NCBI RefSeq assembly: GCF_035626975.1
Contig: NZ_DASPMQ010000001.1
Location: 4,574-68,573 of the forward strand
Origin: Brevundimonas sp.
GTDB taxonomy: Bacteria; Pseudomonadota; Alphaproteobacteria; Caulobacterales; Caulobacteraceae
DNA: 64,000 nucleotides
Direction: 5' to 3'
The notes below the pieces were generated by a model. The model had not been told where the DNA came from. It was given only the letters and a program-made list of their open reading frames with translations, and searched no databases. Position numbers and translations under genes: made by a program. This document shows, in pieces, positions 30,299-39,794 of the stretch. Every line of letters starts with the position of its first letter. The stretch's first letter is position 1.

Positions 30299-31162
30299 CT
30301 AGCCGAAGCGGCCGGTGATGTAGTCGAGCGTGCGGCGCTCACGGGGATTGGTGAAGATGTCCTCGGTGTCGCCGGTCTCGACCAGCCGGCCCAGGTGGAA
30401 GAAGGCGGTGCGCTGGCTGACCCGCGCCGCCTGGGCCATGGAGTGGGTGACGATCACGATGCAGTAGCGCTCGCGCAGCTCGTCGATCAGCTCCTCGATC
30501 CTGGCCGTGGCGATCGGATCCAGCGCCGAGCAGGGCTCGTCCATCAGGATCACCTCAGGTTCGACCGCGATGGCGCGGGCGATGACCAGCCGTTGCTGCT
30601 GTCCGCCGGACAGTCCGGTGCCGGCCGAGTGCAGCCGGTCGGCGACCTCTTCCCACAGGCCGGCCCGCTTCAGCGACGCCTGTACGATCTCGTCCAGTTC
30701 GCCCTTGCTGCTGGCCAGGCCATGGATGCGCGGACCGTAGGCGACGTTCTCATAGATGGTCTTGGGGAAGGGGTTCGGCTTCTGGAACACCATGCCGACG
30801 CGGGCCCGGAGCAGGACGGGGTCGACCGAGCGGGCGTTGATATCCTCGCCGTCCATCTCGATGCGGCCGGCGACCCTGGCGCCCGGGATGGTGTCGTTCA
30901 TGCGGTTCATGGTCCGCAGGAAGGTCGACTTGCCGCAGCCCGACGGGCCGATCAGGGCGGTGACGGTCTTGTCCGGAATATCCAGCGACACGTCGTAGAG
31001 CGCCTGCTTGTCGCCGTAGAAGACGGAGACGTCGCGCGCGGCGATCTTGGTCGGGCCTTGCGGGCCGGAACCGTGGGTGACCGGCGGCGCGGCGATCACG
31101 GGCGCGGTCGTCCCGGGGCCGCCCTGCGAGCCGTCCGGTGCGCGAAAGAGCTTGAACTTCAT
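30299..31162 (-). CDS. pstB: Phosphate ABC transporter ATP-binding protein
   Basis: [46 protein letters not shown]. Confidence 0.97.
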   Translation of the reverse strand: MKFKLFRAPDGSQGGPGTTAPVIAAPPVTHGSGPQGPTKIAARDVSVFYGDKQALYDVSLDIPDKTVTALIGPSGCGKSTFLRTMNRMNDTIPGARVAGRIEMDGEDINARSVDPVLLRARVGMVFQKPNPFPKTIYENVAYGPRIHGLASSKGELDEIVQASLKRAGLWEEVADRLHSAGTGLSGGQQQRLVIARAIAVEPEVILMDEPCSALDPIATARIEELIDELRERYCIVIVTHSMAQAARVSQRTAFFHLGRLVETGDTEDIFTNPRERRTLDYITGRFG

Positions 31163-31166
31163 ACGA

Positions 31167-32477
31167 CTACCACCGGCGTTCAAAGCGTCGCCGCAGGAAG
31201 ATGGCGGCGGCGTTCATGACGATCATGAAGGCGAGGAGGACGAGGATGGCCGCGGCCGTACGTTCGTGGAACGCGCGCTCCGAGGCGTTTTCCCAGATGT
31301 AGACCAGCGAGGGCAGGGCGCCGCCGGCCTCGGTCAGGGCGTGCGGCACGCCCGGCACGAAACTGACCATGCCGATCAGCAGCAGCGGCGCGGTCTCGCC
31401 CAGGGCGTGGGCCATCGAGATGATGGCCCCGGTCATCACGCCCGGCATGGCCAGCGGCAGGGTGTGCTGGAACACCGTCTGGGTCTTCGACGCTCCCATG
31501 GCCAGCGCCGCCTCGCGGATCGACGGCGGCACCGCCTTCAGCGAGGAGCGGGTGGCGATGATAATGGTCGGCAGGGCCATCAGGGCCAGAACCAGCCCCC
31601 CGACCAGCGGGCTGGCTCGCGGCAGGTGCATCCAGTTGATGAATAGCGCCAGGCCCAGCAGGCCGTAGATGATCGACGGCACCGCCGCGAGGTTGTTGAT
31701 GTTGACCTCGATCAGGTTGGTCAGCCGGCCGCGGGGGGCGAACTCCTCCAGGTACAGGGCCGCCCCCACCCCCAGCGGAATGGCGATGACCGCCGTCACC
31801 AGCAGCATCAGGGCCGAGCCGATCACGGCCCCCAGCACGCCCGCCAGCTCCGGCTCGGTCGAATCGCCCTTGGTGAACAGGGCGCTGTTGAAGCGGCTCG
31901 CGACCTGGCCGTCGGCCTGCATCCGGTCCAGCCAGCCGATCTGTTCGTCGGACAGGCGGCGCTGGTCGGCCGGGGTGTCGCGCGAGATCTCGCCCTTGAA
32001 ATAGAGGTCCGCGTCATCCGACAGCGGCGCGGCGATCGGCACGGTCTGGCCCAGCAGGCCCGGCTGCCTCTGAAGCCGCCCGGCGGCGATGAATTTGAGC
32101 TCGGACGAGAACAGGCCGCGCATGGCCGTCGCCTTCGTCCCCTGCGCATCATCCTGGACGCCCAGTCGGGCCAGTTGCTGTTCGGCGACCAGCAGCTCGA
32201 AGTTGGTCCCTTGCGGATAGGCGCGGTCGATCCGGGCGGGGTCCATGTAGACCGGCACGGTCATGGTGTGGGCGTAGAAGGCCGTGTGGCCCTGTTCGAC
32301 GATCCGGCCGAGCAGCAGCAGCAGGAAGCCCACGGCCACGCCGATGGCCAGCAGGCCATACAGTTTGAAGCGCTTCTCGCGGGCGTAGCGCCGCTTCAGC
32401 CCGGCGCGCAGCCGGTCGACCCGGACGGCCTCTTCCGCGGTCATCTCGCCCGACTGGGATACGGTCGCGTCAGTCAT
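31167..32477 (-). CDS. pstA: Phosphate ABC transporter permease PstA
   Basis: [35 protein letters not shown]. Confidence 0.95.
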   Translation of the reverse strand: MTDATVSQSGEMTAEEAVRVDRLRAGLKRRYAREKRFKLYGLLAIGVAVGFLLLLLGRIVEQGHTAFYAHTMTVPVYMDPARIDRAYPQGTNFELLVAEQQLARLGVQDDAQGTKATAMRGLFSSELKFIAAGRLQRQPGLLGQTVPIAAPLSDDADLYFKGEISRDTPADQRRLSDEQIGWLDRMQADGQVASRFNSALFTKGDSTEPELAGVLGAVIGSALMLLVTAVIAIPLGVGAALYLEEFAPRGRLTNLIEVNINNLAAVPSIIYGLLGLALFINWMHLPRASPLVGGLVLALMALPTIIIATRSSLKAVPPSIREAALAMGASKTQTVFQHTLPLAMPGVMTGAIISMAHALGETAPLLLIGMVSFVPGVPHALTEAGGALPSLVYIWENASERAFHERTAAAILVLLAFMIVMNAAAIFLRRRFERRW

Positions 32478-33900
32478 ACTGCTGCCGGTAGGTCTGGACG
32501 ATGCGCTGGGCGACGATGTTGAGCACCAGGGTCATCAGGAACAGGGTCAGGCCGAGGCCGAAGGCCGCGAGCGTCTTGGGGCTGTCGAACTCCTGGTCGC
32601 CGGTCAGCAGGGTCACGATCTGGACGGTCACCGTGGTGACGGTGTCCAGCGGATTGAGGGTCAGGCGGGCGGCCAGACCGGCCGCCATGGTGACGATCAT
32701 GGTCTCGCCGATGGCCCGCGACATGGCCAGCAGCATGGCGCCGGCCACGCCGGGCAGGGCGGCCGGCAGCAGCACCCGCTTCACGGTCTCGGACTTGGTC
32801 GCGCCCATGGCGTAGGAACCGTCGCGCAGGCTCTGCGGCACCGCATTGATGATGTCGTCGGACAGCGAGCTCACGAACGGGATCAGCATGATCCCCATCA
32901 CCGCCCCGGCGACCAGCGCCATCTGGTTCTGCACCAGCATCAGATACTGGCCGACGCCGTCCAGCGGCCCGCCGACCAGCAAGGCGCCAAGCCCGTTGAA
33001 GAACTCGCGGAACGCCGGCCCGACGGTCAGGGCGGCGAAGAAGCCGTAGACCACGGTCGGCACCCCGGCGAGGATTTCCAGCACGGGCTTGACCGTCGCG
33101 CGGAACACCGGCCCGGCGTACTCGGACAGATAGATGGCGGCGAACAGCCCGACCGGGGCGGCGACGGCCATGGCGATCAGCATGATCAGGAAGGTGCCGG
33201 CGAACAGCGGCAGGGCCCCGAAGGCGCCGGTCGATCCGACCTGGTCGGCGCGGATCGCCGTCTGCGGGCTCCACTGGGTTCCGAACAGGAACTCCGCGAT
33301 CGGCACCGAGGAGAAGAAGCGGATGGAGTCGAACACCAGCGAGGCGATGATCCCGACGGTGGTCAGCACCGCGACCGCCGAGCTGGCGAACAGCAGGCCG
33401 ACGATCCAGCCCTCGACCCGGTTGCGGGCGCGCAGGCCCGGCCGGATGCGGCTGAACACGAACCACGCCCCCAGCAAGGCCGCCAGCGCCGCTCCGGCGA
33501 TCCCCGCGAGGTCCAGCGCCAGACCGATCCGCGCCACGCGCTGGCCCTCGGCCGGAAGCAGTTCGGCGTAGGGCGCGGGCCAGATCTGCGCCGCCTGCTG
33601 TCCGGCTCCGACCGCGCGGGCGTCGGCGAAGAAGGCCGCCCGGCGGAACGGTTCGAGCTCGCCGACCGCCTCGGGCGCGCCGGCGGCGGTCAGCTCGCCT
33701 TCGATGGAGGGGCCCAGGATCGTGGCGCCGATCAACACGACCAGCGCCGGAACCACGGTCCAGATCAGCGCATAGGCGCCGTGCTGGCCCGGCCGCGAAT
33801 GGGCCCGCTCCCCCTGCTGACGCCGACGCGCCAGCGCGCGCCCGCCGACGTAGGCGGCGACGGCTGCGACGATCAGGATCGGCAGGAAAAACCAGGTCAT
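32470..33900 (-). CDS. pstC: Phosphate ABC transporter permease PstC
   Basis: EFLFGTQWSPQ, LEILAGVPTVVYG, SRAIGETMIV. Confidence 0.95.
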   Translation of the reverse strand: MTWFFLPILIVAAVAAYVGGRALARRRQQGERAHSRPGQHGAYALIWTVVPALVVLIGATILGPSIEGELTAAGAPEAVGELEPFRRAAFFADARAVGAGQQAAQIWPAPYAELLPAEGQRVARIGLALDLAGIAGAALAALLGAWFVFSRIRPGLRARNRVEGWIVGLLFASSAVAVLTTVGIIASLVFDSIRFFSSVPIAEFLFGTQWSPQTAIRADQVGSTGAFGALPLFAGTFLIMLIAMAVAAPVGLFAAIYLSEYAGPVFRATVKPVLEILAGVPTVVYGFFAALTVGPAFREFFNGLGALLVGGPLDGVGQYLMLVQNQMALVAGAVMGIMLIPFVSSLSDDIINAVPQSLRDGSYAMGATKSETVKRVLLPAALPGVAGAMLLAMSRAIGETMIVTMAAGLAARLTLNPLDTVTTVTVQIVTLLTGDQEFDSPKTLAAFGLGLTLFLMTLVLNIVAQRIVQTYRQQYD

Positions 33901-33994
33901 GCGGGTCCGGACAGGGGGAATCGGACGCGCCGGTCGCCCGGCCGTCCCGAGGCCGGAACCTGCCTGTGAATGGTCAGCGGATTAAGACGGGCGC

Positions 33995-34012
33995 GTGACA
34001 GTTCTGTTACGG
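33995..34012 (-). promoter_or_regulatory. Pho box upstream of pstC
   Basis: Minus strand CCGTAAC-AGAA-CTGTCAC, two 7-mers at 11-bp period matching the CTGTCAY consensus, about 95 nt upstream of pstC. Confidence 0.7.
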
Positions 34013-34037
34013 CGTTCGGCCGTCCGAGACACGGTCG

Positions 34038-35456
34038 TCACAGTCCGTCCGGAGATCCCTTGGGGGCCGCCACCGGGAAATAGGCGGTGAACACCGCGCC
34101 CTGCCCGGGCGCGCTCTCCACCGTCAGCCCGCCCCGGTGACGGTTGACGATGTGTTTGACGATGGCGAGCCCCAGCCCGGTGCCCGAACGCTCGCCGCTC
34201 TTCTGGCCCTCGACGCGGTAGAATCGCTCGGTCAGCCGCGGCAGGTGCTCGCGCGCCATGCCGGGGCCGTGATCGCGCACGACGACGGCGGCGTAGCGCA
34301 GCCCCGGTTCGCGGTCGGGCGTCACCAGCGGCAGCCGCGTCGCCCCTTCGCCCCGGTTGCCGCCGGACCACGGCGCCGAGGCCTGCTCCAGCGTCACCTC
34401 CGGCTGGATGACGATCTCGACGGCGTCGCCGGCGGCCGAATATTTGATGGCGTTGTCGACCAGGTTCTGGACCACCTGAACGATCTCGTCGCGGTCGCCG
34501 TGGACCGGCGCGCTGATGGTCCGGTCCTGCAGCACGACCCGCACATTCCGCTCCGCCGACAGCACGCTGACCGCGTCGACCACGTCCGAAGCGGTCCGCG
34601 CCAGATCGACCCGGCCGGCGGGCGGGACGTGTTCGTTCAGCTCGATCCGGCTCAGCGACAGCAGGTCGGCGACCAGCCGGCTCATCCGGTCCGCCTGCGC
34701 CGCCATGATGTCGAGGAATTTGTCCCGCGCCTTCGGATCGTCCCGGGCGTGGCCCTTGAGCGTCTCGATGAAGCCCGACAGCGAGGCCAGCGGCGTCCTC
34801 AGCTCGTGGCTCGCATTGGCCAGGAAGTCGACGCGCATCAGCTCCATGCGCCGCACGTCGGTTTCGTCGCGCAGAACCACCAGGGCCAGCGCCCGTCCAT
34901 CGGTCGAGGGCAGGGGTCGGGTCTGCGCCCGCCAGTGCCGGGTCTGGGCCCCGACCCCGGCGTAGTCCGTGGTCCGCGCCACCCCGCCGAACAGCGCCTC
35001 GTCCACCGCCTCCAGCACCGCCGGATCGCGCAGGGCCGAGACCAGCAGCGCCCCCTCCCGCGAAATCCTCAGCAGGTCGCGCGCGGCGGCGTTGGCCAGC
35101 ACCACCCGGCGGCCGGCTATGTCGTCCGCCTCGCCCCCGGAGACCACCAGCACGGGGTCGGCCAGCGCCTCGAACAGCCCGTCGAGCAAGACCCGGTCCG
35201 CGGCCGGCTGGTCCGGGTCCGCCGCGCGTGCGGTCTCTACCGCGCCGGGCGCCGGAGTTCGTCCCGGCCGCCGGTTCGCCGCCCAGGCGGTCAGCGCCAC
35301 TAGCGCCGCTCCCGCCAGCAGGGGCCCGGCGATCTCCCGATGCAGCGCCGCCAGCCCTACCAGCACCGCGACGGCCACGCCGGCGGTGGCCCCCGCTGTC
35401 CACAGGCGAGAGCCGGACGGCGGCGCGACAGGCGAGGGCGGGTATTCGTGGGGCAT
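34038..35456 (-). CDS. phoR: Phosphate regulon sensor kinase PhoR
   Basis: DFLANASHELRTPLAS, NLVDNAIKY, RFYRV, GTGLGLAIVKHI; directly upstream of pstCAB-phoU-phoB. Confidence 0.9.
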   Translation of the reverse strand: MPHEYPPSPVAPPSGSRLWTAGATAGVAVAVLVGLAALHREIAGPLLAGAALVALTAWAANRRPGRTPAPGAVETARAADPDQPAADRVLLDGLFEALADPVLVVSGGEADDIAGRRVVLANAAARDLLRISREGALLVSALRDPAVLEAVDEALFGGVARTTDYAGVGAQTRHWRAQTRPLPSTDGRALALVVLRDETDVRRMELMRVDFLANASHELRTPLASLSGFIETLKGHARDDPKARDKFLDIMAAQADRMSRLVADLLSLSRIELNEHVPPAGRVDLARTASDVVDAVSVLSAERNVRVVLQDRTISAPVHGDRDEIVQVVQNLVDNAIKYSAAGDAVEIVIQPEVTLEQASAPWSGGNRGEGATRLPLVTPDREPGLRYAAVVVRDHGPGMAREHLPRLTERFYRVEGQKSGERSGTGLGLAIVKHIVNRHRGGLTVESAPGQGAVFTAYFPVAAPKGSPDGL

Positions 35457-35604
35457 TCAGGATTCCGGCCGGCTCGCCGACTCTATCCACCGAACATGAC
35501 ACGGAATTCATGACAAGGGCACGGCGGCGGGCGTCATCGTCGTTGTCAAACGTCCTTTACAATCCTACCAATGCCCTCACAGACCGGAATCCGGTGGAGG
35601 GCAT

Positions 35605-36561
35605 ATGACGGCGGCATTGACGCTCGACGGGGTCAGCAAGCGCTACGGCGATTTCCAGGCCGTGCGCGACCTCAGCTTCCAGGTCGAGAAGGGCACGATC
35701 TGCGGCTTCCTCGGCCCCAACGGCGCGGGCAAGACCTCCACCATCCGCATGATCCTCGGGCTTCAGCCGGCGACCTCGGGCCACATCACCATCCTCGGCG
35801 CCGACGACGGCCGCAAGGTGCGCGACCGGATCGGCTTCCTCCCGGAGGAGCGCGGCCTCTACAAGAAGATGACGCCCGTCGACGCCATCGCCTTCTTCGG
35901 CGCGCTCAAGGGCCTGCCGACCGGCGAGGGGCGCCGCCGCGCCCGCGAGATGCTCGACGCCCAGGGCCTCGGCGACGCGAAGCGCAAGAAGATGAAGGCG
36001 CTGTCCAAGGGGATGGCCCAGAAGGTCCAGCTGATCGCCTCGGTGGTGCACCGGCCCGAGTTCGTGATACTCGACGAACCCTTCAGCGGCCTCGACCCGG
36101 TCAACCAGCAGGGGTTGGAGACGGTGATCCGCCAGCTGGCCGCCGACGGCGCCACGGTGCTGTTTTCGACCCATGTGATGCAGCACGCCGAGCGGCTGTG
36201 CGACAAGGTCGTGCTGCTGGCGCGCGGCAAGAAGGCTTTCGAGGGCACGGTCGCCGAGGCCCGCGCCACAACGCCCCGTTTCCTGGAGCTGGAAGGCGTC
36301 ATCGCCCCTGATCAGGCCGCCGGCCTGCCCGGCGTCAGCGGCGTCGAGGTGGTTTCCGAGGCCGACGGCGTGCGCGTGCTCAAGGCGGCGCTGACCGCCG
36401 GGGGCCGGGGCCAGGACGCGCTCAAGGCCGCCTTCCTCGGCGGCCTGGACGTGCGCCGCTTCGAACTGCGCGAGCCCAGCCTGCACGACGCCTTCATCGG
36501 CCTGACAGGCGACAACCCGGATCAGGACCAGTCCGTCAAAGCCGCGGAGATCGCCCGATGA
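35605..36561 (+). CDS. ABC-2 type transporter ATP-binding protein (NatA-like)
   Basis: GPNGAGKT, LSKGMAQK, LDEPFSGLDPVN. Confidence 0.92.
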   Translation: MTAALTLDGVSKRYGDFQAVRDLSFQVEKGTICGFLGPNGAGKTSTIRMILGLQPATSGHITILGADDGRKVRDRIGFLPEERGLYKKMTPVDAIAFFGALKGLPTGEGRRRAREMLDAQGLGDAKRKKMKALSKGMAQKVQLIASVVHRPEFVILDEPFSGLDPVNQQGLETVIRQLAADGATVLFSTHVMQHAERLCDKVVLLARGKKAFEGTVAEARATTPRFLELEGVIAPDQAAGLPGVSGVEVVSEADGVRVLKAALTAGGRGQDALKAAFLGGLDVRRFELREPSLHDAFIGLTGDNPDQDQSVKAAEIAR

Positions 36562-37946
36562 AACGCACCCTGCTGATCGCCCGGCGCGAGTTCGCGGCCT
36601 ATGCGAAGACGGTGGGCTTCTGGCTGTCGCTGCTGGCATTTCCGATCTTTGGCGTGCTGGGGGGCGCCATACCGGTCCTGATGAAAACCAGCGAGCCGAT
36701 CCGGCAGGTGGTCGTCGTGGAAGAGGGGCCGCAGGCCTCCGGCCTCGCCGCCGCCGTCCAGAACGCCTTGCGGGAGGATCAGGCCCGGCGCGAAAAGCGG
36801 CGTCAGGAGGCGGAGGCGAAGATTCAGGCCGCCGCGGGAGGGACCGCCGGCGGGCAGGCGGCCAAGGGCGCGCTCAGCGGCCTCGACGGCCCGCGAATGA
36901 CCTTCGTCGCTCCCCCCGCCGATCTGACCGCCGCGGCGCCGGGCGAGGCGCGGGAGGAGATCGCCCGACGCTATCTCGGCGACGAGGTCGCCGGGCCTGA
37001 CCGGCTCGACGCCGTCGTGCTGCTGAACCGCGCGGACGGACAGCCGACCGCCCGCGTCTGGAGCCGGCGCGCCACCGACACCTCGGTGGAACGCTTCGTG
37101 CGCACGGCGCTCAAGGACGAATGGCGTCGCGAGGTCTTCCGTGAGGCGGGTATAGACGCAACGGTCGTTTCGACGACCGAAGCCTTCCAGCCCGAGGTGA
37201 CGACCCTGTCGCCGAAGTCGGCCAGCGGTGGCGAGGTGTCCTTCCGCGACCAGTTGCCGGGCATCATCGGCCTGGTCTCGGGCTTCATCCTCTGGTCGCT
37301 GATCATCACGGGCGCCTCGATCCTGCTGAACAGCGTGATGGAGGAGAAGTCGAACAAGATCCTTGAGGTGCTGCTGTCGTCGGCTTCCGCCACGGAAATT
37401 CTCGCCGGCAAAGTGCTGGGCGTGGCCTTCCTGACCATGACCGTGCTGCTCGTCTGGGGCGGCATCGGCGCGGCCGGCCTGATCGCCGGCCTGCCGCAAT
37501 ATGCGGGGATGATCGGCGAGGTTCTGCTGGAGGGCGGCCTGCTCGGCTATTTCGCGATCTACGCCGTCGGCGGCTACCTGATGTACGCCGTGCTGTTCGC
37601 GGCCATCGGGGCCTTTTGCGAGACGCCGCGCGACGCCCAGACCCTGATGGGCCCGATCATGATGATCCTGGTCGTGCCGCTGCTGGTCATGCAGATGGCG
37701 ATCCGCACGCCCGACGCTCCAGTGGTCCAGATCATGTCGTGGATCCCGTTCTTCACGCCCTTCCTGATGAGCGCCCGCGCGCCTTCGGACCCGCCGATGA
37801 TCGAGATCGTCGGCACCATGGCCGGCATGTTCGCCTTCGCCCTGCTGATGGTCTGGGTCGCGGGACGCGCCTTCCGGGCCGGGGCGCTATCGGACGTGAA
37901 GCTGAGCTGGAAGGCGTTCGGGGCGGCGATCGGGCGGGGGAGATGA
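36558..37946 (+). CDS. ABC-2 type transporter permease (NatB-like)
   Basis: ARREF N-terminus, MEEKSNKILEVLLSS, GKVLG, SWIPFFTPFLM. Confidence 0.9.
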   Translation: MKRTLLIARREFAAYAKTVGFWLSLLAFPIFGVLGGAIPVLMKTSEPIRQVVVVEEGPQASGLAAAVQNALREDQARREKRRQEAEAKIQAAAGGTAGGQAAKGALSGLDGPRMTFVAPPADLTAAAPGEAREEIARRYLGDEVAGPDRLDAVVLLNRADGQPTARVWSRRATDTSVERFVRTALKDEWRREVFREAGIDATVVSTTEAFQPEVTTLSPKSASGGEVSFRDQLPGIIGLVSGFILWSLIITGASILLNSVMEEKSNKILEVLLSSASATEILAGKVLGVAFLTMTVLLVWGGIGAAGLIAGLPQYAGMIGEVLLEGGLLGYFAIYAVGGYLMYAVLFAAIGAFCETPRDAQTLMGPIMMILVVPLLVMQMAIRTPDAPVVQIMSWIPFFTPFLMSARAPSDPPMIEIVGTMAGMFAFALLMVWVAGRAFRAGALSDVKLSWKAFGAAIGRGR

Positions 37947-37991
37947 CAATGCACGCCATCTGCGTCGGGCTAGGACCGAACTTCACCCCTT

Positions 37992-38123
37992 GTCGTCATC
38001 CTCGGGCTTGACCCGAGGATCAGATCGTCCGGTGCGCGGTGCAGGGTGTATTTCACGTTCCGAGGGCCGCCACGGACGCCCGGCCCAGCCTCTGATCCTC
38101 GGGTCAAGCCCGAGGATGACGAC
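37992..38123. repeat. REP/MITE-like element with perfect 33-bp inverted arms
   Basis: GTCGTCATCCTCGGGCTTGACCCGAGGATCAGA (37992-38024) and its exact reverse complement (38091-38123). Confidence 0.92.
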
Positions 38124-38156
38124 GGAAAGAGCGGTCAGTCGGCAGGTTCCGGAACG

Positions 38157-38187
38157 AAAAAGGCCGCCCCGGTTTCCCGGAGCGGCC
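38157..38187 (-). terminator. Intrinsic terminator after rpsU
   Basis: Minus strand GGCCGCTCCGG-GAAA-CCGGGGCGGCC followed by TTTTT. Confidence 0.75.
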
Positions 38188-38213
38188 CCTGATCTTCAGT
38201 TCGTAACGTCGGC

Positions 38214-38471
38214 TCAGCCGCGGCCCGGGCCGCCCACGCCGGGAACCCGGGGCTTCGGCGGCGGCAGCAGGCCTTCGCGCTGGGCGCGCTTGCGGGCCAG
38301 TTTGCGGGCGCGGCGCACGGCCTCGGCCTTCTGGCGGGCGCGCTTCTCCGAGGGCTTCTCGTAGTGCACGTGGCGCTTCATCTCGCGGAAGCTGCCTTCG
38401 CGCTGCATCTTCTTCTTGAGGGCCTTCAGCGCTTGATCGACGTTATTATCGCGAACGAAAATCTGTACCAG
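38214..38471 (-). CDS. rpsU: 30S ribosomal protein S21 (probable CTG start)
   Basis: [25 protein letters not shown]...[10 protein letters not shown]; AGGAG 8 nt upstream of CTG. Confidence 0.93.
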   Translation of the reverse strand: MVQIFVRDNNVDQALKALKKKMQREGSFREMKRHVHYEKPSEKRARQKAEAVRRARKLARKRAQREGLLPPPKPRVPGVGGPGRG

Positions 38472-38659
38472 GTTGAACTCTCCTTTGGCCGCCCGCCGCG
38501 TCCTGTGAGGGAGACGGGCAGACAAATAAATCTCATCCTCGCCAGACGGGGGTCCGCGAGTGAAGGCGGGCTGATACACGAGCGGCCCCGCCCTGTCCAG
38601 ATCGTCGCGGCAAGATGTGAAGGCTCGAAACGCCCGCCGGACGGGCATATGCTGCGTCC

Positions 38660-39349
38660 ATGACCGAGGCGCCACACCTGTCGAACAGCCGGCCCGAAGG
38701 GGCCAGTCCTGGAGGAGATTGGGCCGACCGTATGGAGCAGGCGGTGCTGGACGCCGGCGTCGAGCGCGCGCCGGCGCTGGGCTGGAACAGCCGCATGGTG
38801 CGGGCGGCCTGCGAGGCCAACGGCCTGTCCCTCGGGGACGAGGAGTTGCTGTTGCCCAACGGGCCCCGCGACCTCGCCGCACTGCTGTCGCGCCGTCACG
38901 ACGCGCGGGCGCTGGCGTCGCTGGCCGACGTCGATCCCAAATCCCTGAAGATGCGCGAGCGAATCGCCCGCGCCGTCTCCGCCCGGATGGAGGCCGGCGC
39001 CGCCGATCTTGAGGCGACCCGCCGCTGCGCCGCCTTCCTGGCCCTGCCGACCAACGCCGATCTTGGCCTCAAGCTGGCCTGGGAGACCGCTGACGAGCTG
39101 TGGCGCTGGGCCGGGGATACCGCCACCGACTGGAACCACTACTCCAAGCGCGTCATCCTGTCGGGCATCCTGATCCCGGCCCTGACCATGCGCTGGTTCG
39201 ACGGCAGGGACGCCGCCGAGGCCTTCGTGGCCGCCCGGATCGAGAACGTCATGGCCTTCGAGAAGTGGAAGGCCGGCAAGGACTTCGACGCCCCGCTGCG
39301 CAAATTGGCGGATGCGCTGAGCCGGATGCGGTACGGGGCGAAAAGCTAG
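38660..39349 (+). CDS. COQ9-family (rpsU-divergent) ubiquinone biosynthesis protein
   Basis: [31 protein letters not shown]; divergent from rpsU. Confidence 0.88.
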   Translation: MTEAPHLSNSRPEGASPGGDWADRMEQAVLDAGVERAPALGWNSRMVRAACEANGLSLGDEELLLPNGPRDLAALLSRRHDARALASLADVDPKSLKMRERIARAVSARMEAGAADLEATRRCAAFLALPTNADLGLKLAWETADELWRWAGDTATDWNHYSKRVILSGILIPALTMRWFDGRDAAEAFVAARIENVMAFEKWKAGKDFDAPLRKLADALSRMRYGAKS

Positions 39350-39352
39350 AAT

Positions 39353-39496
39353 CCTTCTCCCCTTGGGGGAGAAGGTGCCCCGGAGGGGCGGATGAGGGGT
39401 CGGGCGGCTCCATACCGGCTGTCAGCCAGCTTGCCCCAACCATCCCCCTCATCCGGGCGGCTCCGCCGCCCACCTTCTCCCCCGGAGGGGAGAAGG
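39353..39496. repeat. CIR/RPE-like palindromic element
   Basis: Terminal hairpins CCTTCTCCCC..GGGGAGAAGG at both ends, plus inner inverted pair CGGATGAGGGG (39389-39399) / CCCCTCATCCG (39445-39455). Confidence 0.8.
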
Positions 39497-39790
39497 CAAA
39501 ACCCTGTCATCCCGTACCCTGTCATCCCGACACTTCGGGCGTCATTCCGACACTCCCGGTCACGCCCAGGCGAAGCGCGCCGGCGGCTCTAAGACCCCCA
39601 CGTCCGCTTCTGACGCAGGCCCGTGCATAATGGTCCAAATGCCCGCCGGGCGTGGTCTTTGACAGCACCCATCACCCCGCCGCCGCCGTCCAGGCGCGGT
39701 GATCCCGCAATCGGAACCCTACGTGCGATTGTTCATGAAGTGACAGCCCGCATTTTTCAGCGGGAACCCTGTCATCCCGCACCCCCGGGC
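39497..39790 (-). repeat. Degenerate ~300-bp non-coding repeat, copy A
   Basis: ACCCTGTCATCCCG at about 39501, 39516 and 39766; the reverse complement carries CTTCATGA, TGTCAAAGACC and TGCGTCAG in the same order as 51060-51360. Confidence 0.55.
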
Positions 39791-39794
39791 CTCC

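Noticed and set aside
28854-35456. pstS missing from the pst/pho cluster
   Set aside because: A separately located pstS is the known arrangement in Caulobacter, so this is not unusual.
35496-35516. Possible Pho box upstream of phoR (two TGTCAT on the minus strand)
   Set aside because: The hexamers are 14 bp apart rather than the 11-bp period PhoB dimers need, so it was not called.
38472-38882. Long N-terminal extension of S21 in the ORF track
   Set aside because: It overlaps the divergent COQ9 gene and its promoter region and is low-complexity; an RBS sits right before the S21 homology start.
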